NCBI RefSeq assembly: GCF_006345805.1
Contig: NW_021836059.1
Coordinates: 1 to 25,955 of the forward strand
Reading direction: 5' to 3'
From: Octopus sinensis
Lineage: Eukaryota
DNA: 25,955 nucleotides
Position 1 is the stretch's first letter, and each line of letters opens with the position of its first letter. The notes below the pieces were generated by a model. It made no database searches. It was not told the DNA's origin and was given only the letters and a program-made list of their open reading frames with translations. The position numbers were made by a program, and so were the translations under genes. Of the stretch, positions 18,901 through 25,955 are shown one piece after another.

Positions 18901-21182
18901 TGGTATGTAGGCATCTTAACCACACAACGACACTGTGTCTTATATAATTCATCATCATCATCGTTTAACGTCCATTTTCCATGCTAGCATGGGTTGGAGG
19001 GTTCGACCGGGGTCTGGGAAGCCAGCAGGCTGCACCAGACTCCAGTCTGATCTGGCAGTGTTTCTACAGCTGGATGCCCTTCCTAATGCCAACCACTCCG
19101 TGAGTGTAGTGGGTGCTTTTTACATGCCAGATGAGGCTGGCAAACGGCCACGATCGGTTGCTGCTCTTACGTGTCACTGACATGGACACCAGTCAGGTGG
19201 AGCTGGTAACTGCCACATTCAGATGGTGATTTTAATGTGTCACCGGCATGGGTATCTTAACTACAATTTCCATTTGATTTTCATTTTGATGTTGGTGTTA
19301 ATGTAATTGAATCAATATTATTTCATAAATAATTATAATCTAATACAAAACGAATCAAAGAAAGAGAGAGAATGGCAAAGAAGTCTTTTACGTATGAACT
19401 GGTCCAGCATCAGTTGTTTTCTGCTCGGTGCCACCAACAAGAAAATTGGTGTATTTATGGTAATGTTGGGATAGTTAGCAATATGCTGCAGAGGATTAAT
19501 AATGTCTGTAAGAAGATGGCCTTCAAAGAGCAGCAGCTGACTGGCTGCATTAACATCTGTCTGTGTTGCAATTAATTCTTGTAGATTGGTGTAACTGGAA
19601 CAGAAAAATAACGGAAGCTCATGGTTAAGTTGTAAAGGAATAAGGTTGGCACTCAAGAAAAATCTTGCTACCATGTTTGAAGAAAGGAAGCTAAGAATTT
19701 GCTGCTTGCCGCAGAAGAAGCAGTTCAGCTACCAAAGGAAGGGTACATTAGACAACAGAATCATCTCCGATGACCCACAAGGTGAAAGAGGATTACGAAA
19801 TTTACTGGTAGTTTTAGGACCTGAAGAAGACTGTTGTACTGTGAAGAATTATTCGTAATGGTTAAGAGATTTGCTTTAATGTCAAAGATGTGTTTGTGAC
19901 AAGATTGGATTGTATGAAAGTTATGTGAGAAATGGCGTAGAATAAAGAAATAAATGCATATAAGAGATTTTGTGTTCTTAAAAGGTTCAAATGGTTTTAC
20001 CCAAATGTTTCCATTTCAATATATAAATCCTTCTGATGGTAACCTACCTGAAATCTCTCCCAATTTTATGATACAAACCCCCACTCACCCACCTACATAT
20101 TTTAAAGGTTTCTGAATTAGCTTTAGCAAATAATTGCTTTGCTGAGTCCAATAAAGAAAAGCCAAAACTTCTCGTTGGATTCATTAGCCTGGGGTGGCCT
20201 CGGCTGAAGAGACAGTCAACAGGGCTGAAACACTGGAGTTTTGAAGTCCTCTGAATCACAATAAACCAAATGCATTTATGAGCAGACATTGTCTAAAGTG
20301 AGAAGATGTTTGCCAGAGACAAAATACAAAAGTAATTAGCATTATAACCATAAAAATCTGCTGCAACATGTTCAGAATAAAATGATACAGCATTGCATTA
20401 AGAATTAAAATATATTTTATTGTTAATTAAAACTTTTCAATAAAAGTTCATGTTCATTTATCTTCCAAATTATTTTCAAGGGTTGGCAGGCAGCCTCATT
20501 TCCCACAGAAGTCAGCTACCATGGCTTCCCATCCAGGTCAGTGTGTTATTTCAATGCAGGAGATGATGGGCCTGGAAACCTAGACAACCGTAGAAAGTCA
20601 TCAACAAAATAGGCACAGCAGCTGAAACTAGCTCAAGATGGCTATGACTGATGAGAGAGGACAAGTGGAATCCTTCCGTAGGTGGAGACTAGCTCAGTCC
20701 TCGCTCTGCTATACAGGAGAAGTGTACAGACCAAGGGGCAAAATGCTTGTGAACTTGAGATACCTGCTGATAACAGGGAAGAATTTCCTGCATTGCAATG
20801 GATTGAGAAGGCTTGCAAAATCTCTGAGCAGCTTCTTGTGAGGCAAAGCATCTTTCGTGTTTATTTCACCCATATTAATTTATTTTGCAAATTATTTTCA
20901 AAATTATCTGAAACAAAGAGACTGTTTATTTCAACAGGAATATGGTAGCACAACAATTAATCAGAGACTTAATAAGATAATGAAATAATGGAAGTGGCAT
21001 ACTTTTGGTTTCTATCTATATAGATTCTGAAGTTGCTGAAATGTTCTGGACTGAACACATGAATAACTGTTTTGGAAATGATTTCTTGGATTTTTTGGAA
21101 ATAGGTGTCAAAATTCCATGTCTTCTCTGAATCTCGCTCGAGTAATCCAGCAAGAAAAGGCAGTAAAAAGTTTTTGAGTCCC
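2525..21182 (-). CDS. TBK1: TBK1/IKK-epsilon-like serine/threonine kinase, spliced and 5'-partial (11 exons in window, ~409 aa: kinase C-lobe end, ULD, SDD, C-terminal coiled coil)
   Basis: Exons 21182-21003, 19594-19392, 17484-17334, 16317-16182, 15477-15389, 11788-11684, 10735-10634, 9483-9393, 6923-6853, 4918-4863 and 2571-2525 all have AG acceptors and (except the last) GT donors. They join in one frame (1231 nt) to a TGA. The peptides resemble TBK1 as I recall it: GLKNFLLPFLAGLLERDSEKTWNFDTYF~[41 protein letters not shown]~QELIYEG, ELDKSRFLENCKKAGELITKHC~[22 protein letters not shown]. TBK1 versus IKBKE orthology is not resolved. Confidence 0.88.
2790..3005 (+). mobile_element. Degenerate SINE family B copy with a ~22-bp internal tandem duplication
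   Basis: ttgagctcaaattctgttgaggttgacttt..tttcatcctttcagggtc matches 3958-4187; aataaacaccacatgagccct occurs twice. Confidence 0.6.
3024..3444. repeat. Fold-back (long inverted repeat) element with ~165-bp arms, probably a Penelope-like derivative
   Basis: ~3052-3215 is the near-perfect reverse complement of ~3262-3430; the spacer is (CA/TA)-rich; outer atttggtct/agaccaaat also pair. Confidence 0.9.
3809..4284. mobile_element. hAT (Charlie-like) MITE containing a microsatellite and a nested SINE B
   Basis: Termini cagtgactcccc / ggtttagaactactg; 8-bp flanking duplication atttagtt (3801-3808) / gtttagtt (4285-4292); subterminal ggggtctgcagacccc palindrome. Confidence 0.65.
3958..4187 (+). mobile_element. 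tRNA-derived SINE family B, full-length
   Basis: ggtggtgagctagcagaaac...gagttcaaattcc (B box)...tttgcctttcatcctttcgggg...gtaaagaaata; multiple related copies in the window. Confidence 0.88.
4863..4918 (-). CDS. TBK1: TBK1-like exon, C-terminal coiled coil (VQNLSISIQECTEDVKTL)
   Basis: Strong ttttgttcttctttacag acceptor, ag|gtaagg donor, 56 nt, phase 2 to 1; heptad pattern. Confidence 0.75.
5189..5564 (-). mobile_element. SINE family A, nearly full-length
   Basis: Reverse complement of 833-1223. Confidence 0.88.
5570..5986 (-). mobile_element. SINE family A, older subfamily, full-length
   Basis: Diverged reverse complement of 833-1223, in tandem with the previous copy. Confidence 0.82.
6087..6273. 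mobile_element. hAT (Charlie-like) MITE, 187 bp
   Basis: TIRs cattggtccccaaa / tttggagatccctg; 8-bp TSD gtctaggt (6079-6086) / gtctagct (6274-6281), close to the nTCTAGAn target consensus; subterminal gtcgatatcgac palindrome. Confidence 0.8.
6436..6652 (-). mobile_element. SINE family B with a perfect 16-bp target-site duplication
   Basis: gactgttctaacacct at 6420-6435 and 6653-6668; the body is the reverse complement of 3958-4187. Confidence 0.92.
6853..6923 (-). CDS. TBK1: TBK1-like exon (FTKDLNKEMFHDNNEDLIFHMMK)
   Basis: gttttttgcag acceptor, ag|gtaaat donor, 71 nt; its phase 0 to 2 exactly bridges the neighbouring exons. Confidence 0.75.
7093..8352 (+). mobile_element. Full-length mariner DNA transposon (DD34D, mellifera-like), inactive
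   Basis: TA TSDs at 7091-7092 and 8353-8354; ~30-bp TIRs ttgggttgtctggaaagttcgtgccgattt / aaatcagcacaaactttccggacaacccaa; 1260 bp. Confidence 0.95.
7259..8278 (+). pseudogene. Mariner transposase pseudogene
   Basis: One frame with 5 internal stops: ERSGRP, CVPHEL (WVPHEL), TGDEKW, LHPKK, HDNLRPH, HPPYSPDIAPSDFHLF; no clear start codon. Confidence 0.93.
8355..8520 (-). mobile_element. SINE family A, 5' half
   Basis: Reverse complement of 833-995. Confidence 0.82.
8815..9048 (-). mobile_element. Third tRNA-headed SINE-like family (C), decayed
   Basis: Shares gaaatgaag..ttttgcttaag...ggga.tgaaac with 18085-18145. Confidence 0.55.
9393..9483 (-). CDS. TBK1: TBK1-like exon, end of SDD (KVWTQRKIFQASNGELKVFSNLLEKYQSSK)
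   Basis: ttttaactctag acceptor, aaa|gtaagc donor, 91 nt, phase 2 to 0; RK...EKYQ resembles TBK1 LRKQ...SKYQ. Confidence 0.83.
9719..9804 (+). repeat. (GAT/GGT)n trinucleotide microsatellite
   Basis: Seen directly in the sequence. Confidence 0.95.
9806..10362 (+). mobile_element. Probable non-LTR retroposon 3' end with a (TAA)n tail, family unassigned
   Basis: Ends ...ctctctcactc-aataataataatgataa; recalled as a common Octopus interspersed repeat; no coding motif seen. Confidence 0.45.
10634..10735 (-). CDS. TBK1: TBK1-like exon, SDD (SRFLENCKKAGELITKHCQPNAIRLYSEFQEAS)
   Basis: ctattttcag acceptor, ga|gtaagt donor, 102 nt, phase 2 to 2; aligns without gaps to recalled TBK1 [33 protein letters not shown]. 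Confidence 0.87.
10945..11276 (+). mobile_element. SINE family A (older copy)
   Basis: aaccacatggttcc...ggcaccttgggcaagt...ggaaactgaaagaagcc...ctccagcatg. Confidence 0.82.
11288..11652 (-). mobile_element. SINE family A (older copy), tail-to-tail with the previous copy
   Basis: Reverse complement of the family A sequence. Confidence 0.82.
11684..11788 (-). CDS. TBK1: TBK1-like exon, SDD (VPTITNLANHTQEISTRLLDSTNRDNLDKFQELD)
   Basis: Long polypyrimidine tract with cgcag acceptor, aa|gtaagt donor, 105 nt, phase 2 to 2. Confidence 0.85.
12160..12473 (+). mobile_element. RTE LINE 3' end (ORF tail and 3'UTR) with a (TGA)n tail
   Basis: GLMEAVTGDQDLW-like ORF tail, ggaagggcatccagctgtagaaac, aacccatgccagcatggaaagcggatgttaaa(tga)n; related copies at 15730 and 18950. 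Confidence 0.75.
12478..12655 (-). mobile_element. RTE-type 3' end, inverted relative to the previous copy
   Basis: ttttccatgctagcat...gatgcccttcct. Confidence 0.65.
12737..13305 (+). mobile_element. Internally deleted Tc1/mariner element, rosa/VS(DD41D)-like with D(38)D spacing
   Basis: TA TSDs; TIRs cagggtgttcaaaaagtctctccacagt / actgcggagagactttttgaacactttg; encodes FQQDGTTAHT...WPPRSLDLTPPDFFF*G...RRVNLCIENEGQHFQHLL. Confidence 0.9.
13694..14148 (+). mobile_element. Two tandem SINE family B variants (13694-13908, 13944-14148) with (ATT)n tails
   Basis: Each has gaaatgctta...gaggtcaact, matching 3958-4187. Confidence 0.78.
14149..14635 (-). mobile_element. R4/Dong-like (restriction-like endonuclease) non-LTR retrotransposon 3' end
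   Basis: KILWVFDFQTGKVLEHQRLDIV...IIDVVVP...EKVDKYGNLRIEIAKMW...VIPIVIRALGSIP...LQKSALLGTACILCKVL* with frameshifts, then a (TAA)n tail. Confidence 0.85.
14660..14822 (+). mobile_element. C-terminus of a second REL-endonuclease non-LTR retrotransposon
   Basis: IIGAAGYIPTHLEQSLAEFG...LIHMLQRITIPGSIKSLQTFLRF resembles the IIGALGxxP...LQxxxxxGT tail. Confidence 0.6.
15389..15477 (-). CDS. TBK1: TBK1-like exon, SDD (DVLQKRRSAFDLEFLNHYWLKTGCMESDH)
   Basis: tttattttag acceptor, tg|gtaagt donor, 89 nt, phase 0 to 2; W...G....D pattern resembles TBK1 DAWAHQEGTHPKDRN. Confidence 0.82.
15650..15965 (-). mobile_element. RTE LINE 3'UTR fragments
   Basis: 15730-15905 is nearly identical to 18955-19130. 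Confidence 0.78.
16182..16317 (-). CDS. TBK1: TBK1-like exon, SDD (TYLKQSFLNQSESVANTSWIKNTLTSLRNLSPQLNELTTKMIKIE)
   Basis: ctgttttgcag acceptor, gaa|gtaaga donor, 136 nt, phase 2 to 0. Confidence 0.82.
16445..16860 (-). mobile_element. RTE-clade LINE reverse transcriptase fragment with a Cys/His-rich insert (decayed)
   Basis: GVHQGSILS...FELIYADDLVL...VNQTKTK...SGNWPCLICR...HCQLLMHNRC...FLCSRW. Confidence 0.8.
16866..17085 (-). mobile_element. Old RTE-related 3'-end repeat
   Basis: tttaatgtcc..ttttccatg...gggttggatgg...ggatgtccttctt; a related degenerate copy lies at ~18565-18720. Confidence 0.55.
17334..17484 (-). CDS. TBK1: TBK1-like exon: start of SDD (EFPITKIEEIHSAERAQLRTCLNVVFFIKRLVVNINLKQKLLQDALRHS)
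   Basis: cttgttgcag acceptor, at|gtaagt donor, 151 nt, phase 1 to 2, open frame. Confidence 0.85.
17945..18190 (-). mobile_element. SINE-like family C, decayed
   Basis: tRNA-like head on the minus strand (gtagttagtgttgcac...gtggtttcagtccc); similar to 8815-9048. Confidence 0.55.
18775..18940 (-). mobile_element. SINE family A, degenerate 5' half
   Basis: gcttctttcagtttcc...gcagtgggattgaaccc. Confidence 0.65.
18950..19300 (-). mobile_element. RTE LINE 3'UTR with a (TGA)n tail
   Basis: (tca)n-tcgtttaacgtccattttccatgctagcatgggttgg...gctggatgcccttcctaatgccaaccactcc. Confidence 0.8.
19392..19594 (-). CDS. TBK1: TBK1-like exon: ubiquitin-like domain ([28 protein letters not shown]...NYPNITINTPIFLLV...DQFI)
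   Basis: ttctgttccag acceptor, c|gtaaaa donor, 203 nt, phase 2 to 1; ULD motifs QxLxxEG and PIF. Confidence 0.9.
20481..20740 (+). mobile_element. Hero-like (REL endonuclease) non-LTR retrotransposon 3' end, decayed
   Basis: GWQAASFPTEVSYHGFPSRSV...KVINKIGTAAETSSRWL*LMREDKW resembles the Hero-clade tail GWxxxxFPVEVGCRGF...AAExxSxWLW. Confidence 0.68.
21003..21182 (-). CDS. TBK1: TBK1-like exon: end of kinase domain and start of ULD (GLKNFLLPFLAGLLERDSEKTWNFDTYFQKIQEIISKTVIHVFSPEHFSNFRIYIDRNQ)
   Basis: ttttttatag acceptor, aa|gtatgc donor, 180 nt, phase 2 to 2; clear similarity to the TBK1 kinase/ULD junction. Confidence 0.92.
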
Positions 21183-21526
21183 CTATAAAAAAAAATCACA
21201 AAAACAAAGAATTACACACCTATATATATGAGAAAATGAGATGCCAAATGAATAAATGACTATCTTCTGAACTCCCATTAGCCTTGAATATGAAGCACAA
21301 ATTGCACTTCATATTCGAGGCTCTGATGTAGCTGTTAGGTGTTACTCAGGCACCAGACTATGAGTCCACTGCATCTCATAGCAGAAACAGCTGCAAGCTA
21401 ATGAACCTCACAGCAAAGTTGTTTTTTTCCCAGGTCATCTCATTTTCTTGTTACCGTGCTGTGCTTCACTTACACTTTGTTCTGAAGCATACATATATTG
21501 AGATCTACACCAGGTGTATTGCATAT

Positions 21527-21581
<55 letters not shown>

Positions 21582-21585
<4 letters not shown>

Positions 21586-21624
21586 AACATATAAACATAT
21601 CTACATATACACACACACACACAC

Positions 21625-21693
<69 letters not shown>

Positions 21694-22168
21694 GTATTAA
21701 GGAATGACCCTGACAGGCCGTTCAACTCACTTGAAAGAGCAGCTAAACTCAAACCGCAAAATAGTAGTAATTCTGAAACTACAGGAGAAATAAAACATTT
21801 ATCCCCTTCAACTTTGGACTATGCATAGTTTCGACGTTTTTAAGTAATCGAATTAATTAAATTAAATTAAATCCGTTAAATATTTCTCCTGTAGTTTCAG
21901 AATTGCTACTATTTTGCGGTTTGAGTTTAGCTGCTCTTTCAAGTGAGTTGAACGGCCTGTCAGGGTCATTCCTTAATACTATTGTTGAATATATTATATA
22001 GTCTGTGACTATTTTTTCTTTCTCCTTGACCGCTGGTTGCGGAAAATTTTTCTTGAATTTTTTGCTACCCTTATATTGATTAATATATATATAATATATA
22101 TATATATATACATAAACATATAAACATATCTACATATACACACACACACACACATATATACATATATA

Positions 22169-22221
<53 letters not shown>

Positions 22222-22631
22222 GTATTAAGGAATGACCCTGACAGGCCGTTCAACTCACTTGAAAGAGCAGCTAAACTCAAACCGCAAAATAGTAGTAATT
22301 CTGAAACTACAGGAGAAATAAAAAATTTATCCCCTTCAACTTTGGACTATGCATAGTTTCGACGTTTTTAAGTAATCGAATTTAATTAAATTAAATTAAA
22401 TCCGTTAAATATTTCTCCTGTAGTTTCAGAATTGCTACTATTTTGCGGTTTGAGTTTAGCTGCTCTTTCAGTGAGTTGAACGGCCTGTCAGGGTCATTCC
22501 TTAATACTATTGTTGAATATATTATATAGTCTGTGACTATTTTTTCTTTCTCACTTGACCGCTGGTTGCGGAAAATTTTTCTTGAATTTTTTGCTACCCT
22601 TATATTGATTAATATATATATAATATATATA

Positions 22632-22640
<9 letters not shown>
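21582..22640. repeat. Tandem duplication (period 529 bp) of a (TA)n-flanked fold-back unit with 102-bp arms
   Basis: cataaacatataaacatatctac at 21582 and 22111; arms 21691-21792 and 21881-21982 differ at 1 position; the structure repeats at ~22219-22510. Confidence 0.92.
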
Positions 22641-22676
<36 letters not shown>

Positions 22677-22680
<4 letters not shown>

Positions 22681-22820
22681 ATCCAAACATGAAAACACAA
22701 AGAGAAAACACAACAACACGGAGACGTGGAACAAGTATAGTGTTATTGGACGCTCAGGAAGGAAAGATCTAAGGAAGGGAATACGGAGGGAAAAAAAATC
22801 ACCAACGATACGTAGATGTA
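22677..22820. repeat. Microsatellite-flanked interspersed repeat remnant, possibly Penelope-derived
   Basis: A non-microsatellite island within a (TA/CA)n tract; recalled as a common Octopus repeat, not verified. Confidence 0.35.
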
Positions 22821-23025
22821 TATACATATACATATATATATATATACATACATACACATACATATACATACATACACATACATATATATACATACATACA
22901 CATACATACATACACATACATATATATACATACATACACATACATATATACACATACATATATATATATATACATACATATACATACATATATATACATA
23001 CATATACATACATATATATACATAC

Positions 23026-23058
<33 letters not shown>

Positions 23059-23096
23059 CATATATATACATACATACATACATATATATACATACA
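22820..23096. repeat. (TA/CATA)n compound microsatellite
   Basis: Seen directly in the sequence. Confidence 0.95.
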
Positions 23097-23199
23097 CTAG
23101 CAGAAATGCCCGGCGTTGCTCGGGGCTGAATTGCTTGAAAGTACTGTTAATGATTGCACTGAATTATGATGATTATTCAGGCAAATATTGATTTAAGTT

Positions 23200-23568
23200 T
23201 ACGGTGGGAGATAAGGACTTAACGATCAAACGTGTGCCATTGCATTGTTTTGGGGGAACCAAATTTCTGATGAGCATTATAGGGGCACCAACTTTAATTT
23301 TGAGAATGTGTGGTGGTAGTCCGGGGTGCTCAAAGGAATTGAGTACCCCTATTGGATAGTTGATGACGTCCTATGGGTCAGGAGTTGTATCGATAGACTG
23401 ATATACATAGACTTCCCCAGGAATGAGTTTTAGCATTTCATCATTAATATGGTGAACAGTTTTATTCCTCGGGGCCAGTATAGCCTTTTGGCCAATCCAA
23501 TCCATATTCTGATAATTAGCTTGTAGATCTGGGACACTGCATCTCTGAGATCAGAAGGCGTCTTAACA
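23200..23568 (-). pseudogene. Helitron RepHel PIF1-like helicase fragment
   Basis: KAILAPRNKTVHHINDEMLKLIPGEVYVYQSID...YPIGVLNSFEHPGLPPHILKIKVGAPIMLIRNLVPPKQCNGTRLIVKSL, with a stop and a frameshift. Confidence 0.92.
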
Positions 23569-23570
23569 AT

Positions 23571-24239
23571 TATACACACACGTTATACATACATGTGTGC
23601 ATAGATGAATATATAAATACATTTACATGTGTGCATAGATGAATATATAAATACATTTAAATATCTATATACACTTTTCAGCGATCTTTCTGCTTCTTAG
23701 AGATAACTTTAGATCTTATTTCGTCCTAAAAAACTTTGTATGGAGTGAATGGTTACCTCTATGGAAATATATACACACACGTATATAACATGTGTGCATA
23801 GATGAATATATAAATACATTTATATATCTATATACACTTTTGGGCGATCTTTCTGCTACTTAGAGATAACTTTAGATCTTATTTTCGTCCTAAAAAACTT
23901 TGTGCGGAGTGAATGGTTACCTCTATGGAAATATATACACACACATTATACATACATCTGTGTATAGATGAATATATAAATACATTTAAATATCTATATA
24001 CACTTTTGGGCGATCTTTCTGCTACTTGGATATACTTTAGATCTTATATTCGTCCTAAAAAATAACTTTGTATGGAGTGAATGGTTACATATATGGAAAT
24101 ATATACACACACATTATACATACATGTATGTATAGATGAATATATAAATACATTTAAATATCTATATACACTTTTGGGCGATCTTTCTGCTACTTGGATA
24201 CACTTTAGATCTTATATTCGTCCTAAAAAACTTTGTATG
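23571..24239. repeat. Tandem repeat, ~165-bp unit x4, inside the Helitron
   Basis: ggagtgaatggttac recurs at 23742, 23906 and 24074; the first unit has an extra ~34-bp duplication. Confidence 0.92.
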
Positions 24240-25201
24240 AATTGAAAAAGAAAATGAATTGAAATTTTTAAGAAAGGAATTTGTTTACATACATGTGTCA
24301 AATGGCAAATGTTTGTGCAGTTGTCCGAAATGGAACCAGGGTAAATGTGTGGAACTGATGTATTATAATGAATAGTCCTTCTTGTGAATATTAATTTGAT
24401 TAATATGAACTGAAAACCAGTGGTGTAGCATATAAGACCATAGGTGATCTTCTAGCAAAAAGGATGACCAGTCTGAATGGGTCATCCCTGTCACACACAC
24501 ACACACACATGCACCCTCACACACACACACACACAAACACACACGTTACCTTACAATTTTATTTATATATTTGCGTGTCTATGTGTGTAAAGAGGAAGTG
24601 GGAGTAATAGCAGAGTAAAGGCTTTGAAGTGAAAGAGTGAAATGGTAAATATTGAGTTTCTCGAATTTTTTCTTATTAGGTGTCAAATAAAGAAATTTTG
24701 TATGGCATGACCGAATGGAAGTACTTTGAAAAATCATAGGTAAACTCTAATTGAAGAAATTGTGTGAGGAGTAAATCGTTATGTATTTATTTGTTTCTGT
24801 TTGCTGTGTTGTTTTTTTTTTGAGTAGTGGTTTAAGGTACACTTGCAAAGAGAAAGTAGGAGAAATTATGGTGATAGCATGAGTGAAGCAGTTCATCCCT
24901 TTTATATAAATACTTTCACTTTAATCGTTGCACACTTGCAAAGAGAAAGGAGGAGAAAGTGTAGTGGTAATGGTATGAGTGAATCACTTGAACTGAAAGA
25001 GAAAAATCGTTAAATCGTTAGTTTTCTTGAATTTTTGCTTAATTGGGGGTGAAATTGAAAAAACTTTACATGCCACGACCCGATGAATTCTACTTATAAA
25101 AATGCTAGGTAAATTCTAATTGAAGAAATTCTATATTGTAGATTAGTATAATAAACAAACGGTTTGGGAGGCAGATAAAATCTGCCTTTTATAATAAGAG
25201 A

Positions 25202-25598
25202 TATATATATACATATATACATATACATATATACATATACATATATACATATATATATATACATATATATATATACATATATATATATACATAGACACAT
25301 ATATATACATATATATACATAGACACATATATATACATATATATACATAGACACATATATATACATATATATATATAGACACATATATATACATATATAT
25401 ACATATAGACACACATATATATATACATATATATACATATAGACACACATATATATATACATATATATACATATATACACACATATATATATACATATAT
25501 ACATATACACACATATATATATATATACATATACACATATACACATATATATATACATATACACATATATATATATACACATATACACATACATATAT

Positions 25599-25631
<33 letters not shown>

Positions 25632-25660
25632 CATATACACATACATATATACATATACAC
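25202..25660. repeat. (TA/CA)n compound microsatellite
   Basis: Seen directly in the sequence. Confidence 0.95.
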
Positions 25661-25955
25661 AAATCAATAAATGGTGGGGCTGTGTTGACCGCACGTGGAG
25701 AAATGATAGGAGAGGAAAAATTATAATAAGGCAGAATGCTAAATTGAAAGTAAATCTTAATAAAAATGGGTGTATGGAAAATTAATGAAGGAAAAATAAT
25801 AAAACAAACCGGTTTTCACCACAAAGCAAATTTTCAAGATTTGGAAGGGGAAAAGAAATTTTTTCAAAATTGGGGAAGAGGAAAAAAGAAATTTGCAATG
25901 TTTTTTTCAAATAATATTAGGGAATAGTATTCCAAACTTACAGGGAAAATTGAAT

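Larger units (their letters stand above)
23097..25201 (-). mobile_element. Non-autonomous Helitron, apparently complete (2105 bp)
   Basis: The minus strand begins A|TCTCTTATTATAAAAGG and ends cccgagcaacgccggg (hairpin)-catttctg-CTAG|T; no TSD; carries a PIF1 helicase fragment. Confidence 0.88.

Noticed and set aside
19630-19860. LATMFEERKLRICCL, loosely like the N-terminus of an RTE AP-endonuclease
   Set aside because: Too short and degenerate to support a call without a profile search
23571-24239. Regularly spaced repeats that could suggest a CRISPR array
   Set aside because: Whole units repeat with no unique spacers, no cas genes are present, and the context is a eukaryotic Helitron
21401-25694. 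Many long ORFs rich in Y/I/M/C/V/H
   Set aside because: They are translations of (TA/CA)n microsatellites that lack stop codons
21183-25955. Search for the next upstream kinase-domain exon of the TBK1-like gene
   Set aside because: No segment encoding the expected GAISG...W-like peptide was found; the region is repeat-filled intron

Overview
AT-rich, repeat-dense eukaryotic genomic DNA. The repeat families resemble those I recall from Octopus (coleoid cephalopod) genomes; this is recognition from memory, not a search. The window holds the 3' two-thirds of a spliced minus-strand gene for a TBK1/IKK-epsilon-like (IKK-related) kinase. I reconstructed 11 GT-AG exons by hand (21182 down to 2525). 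They are phase-compatible and total 1231 nt, about 409 aa, covering the end of the kinase domain, the ubiquitin-like domain (ULD), the scaffold/dimerization domain (SDD) and the C-terminal coiled coil. The remaining kinase exons are not visible and presumably lie beyond 25955. The introns contain three tRNA-headed SINE families, RTE, R4/Dong-like and Hero-like LINE fragments, a full-length dead mariner (DD34D), a deleted rosa/VS-like Tc1/mariner with D(38)D spacing, hAT MITEs and a complete non-autonomous Helitron with an internal ~165-bp satellite. There are also two long fold-back elements carrying degenerate or partial hammerhead-ribozyme motifs, probably Penelope-like derivatives. No prokaryotic system or CRISPR array is present. 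Most entries in the ORF track are artefacts of repeats and microsatellites.
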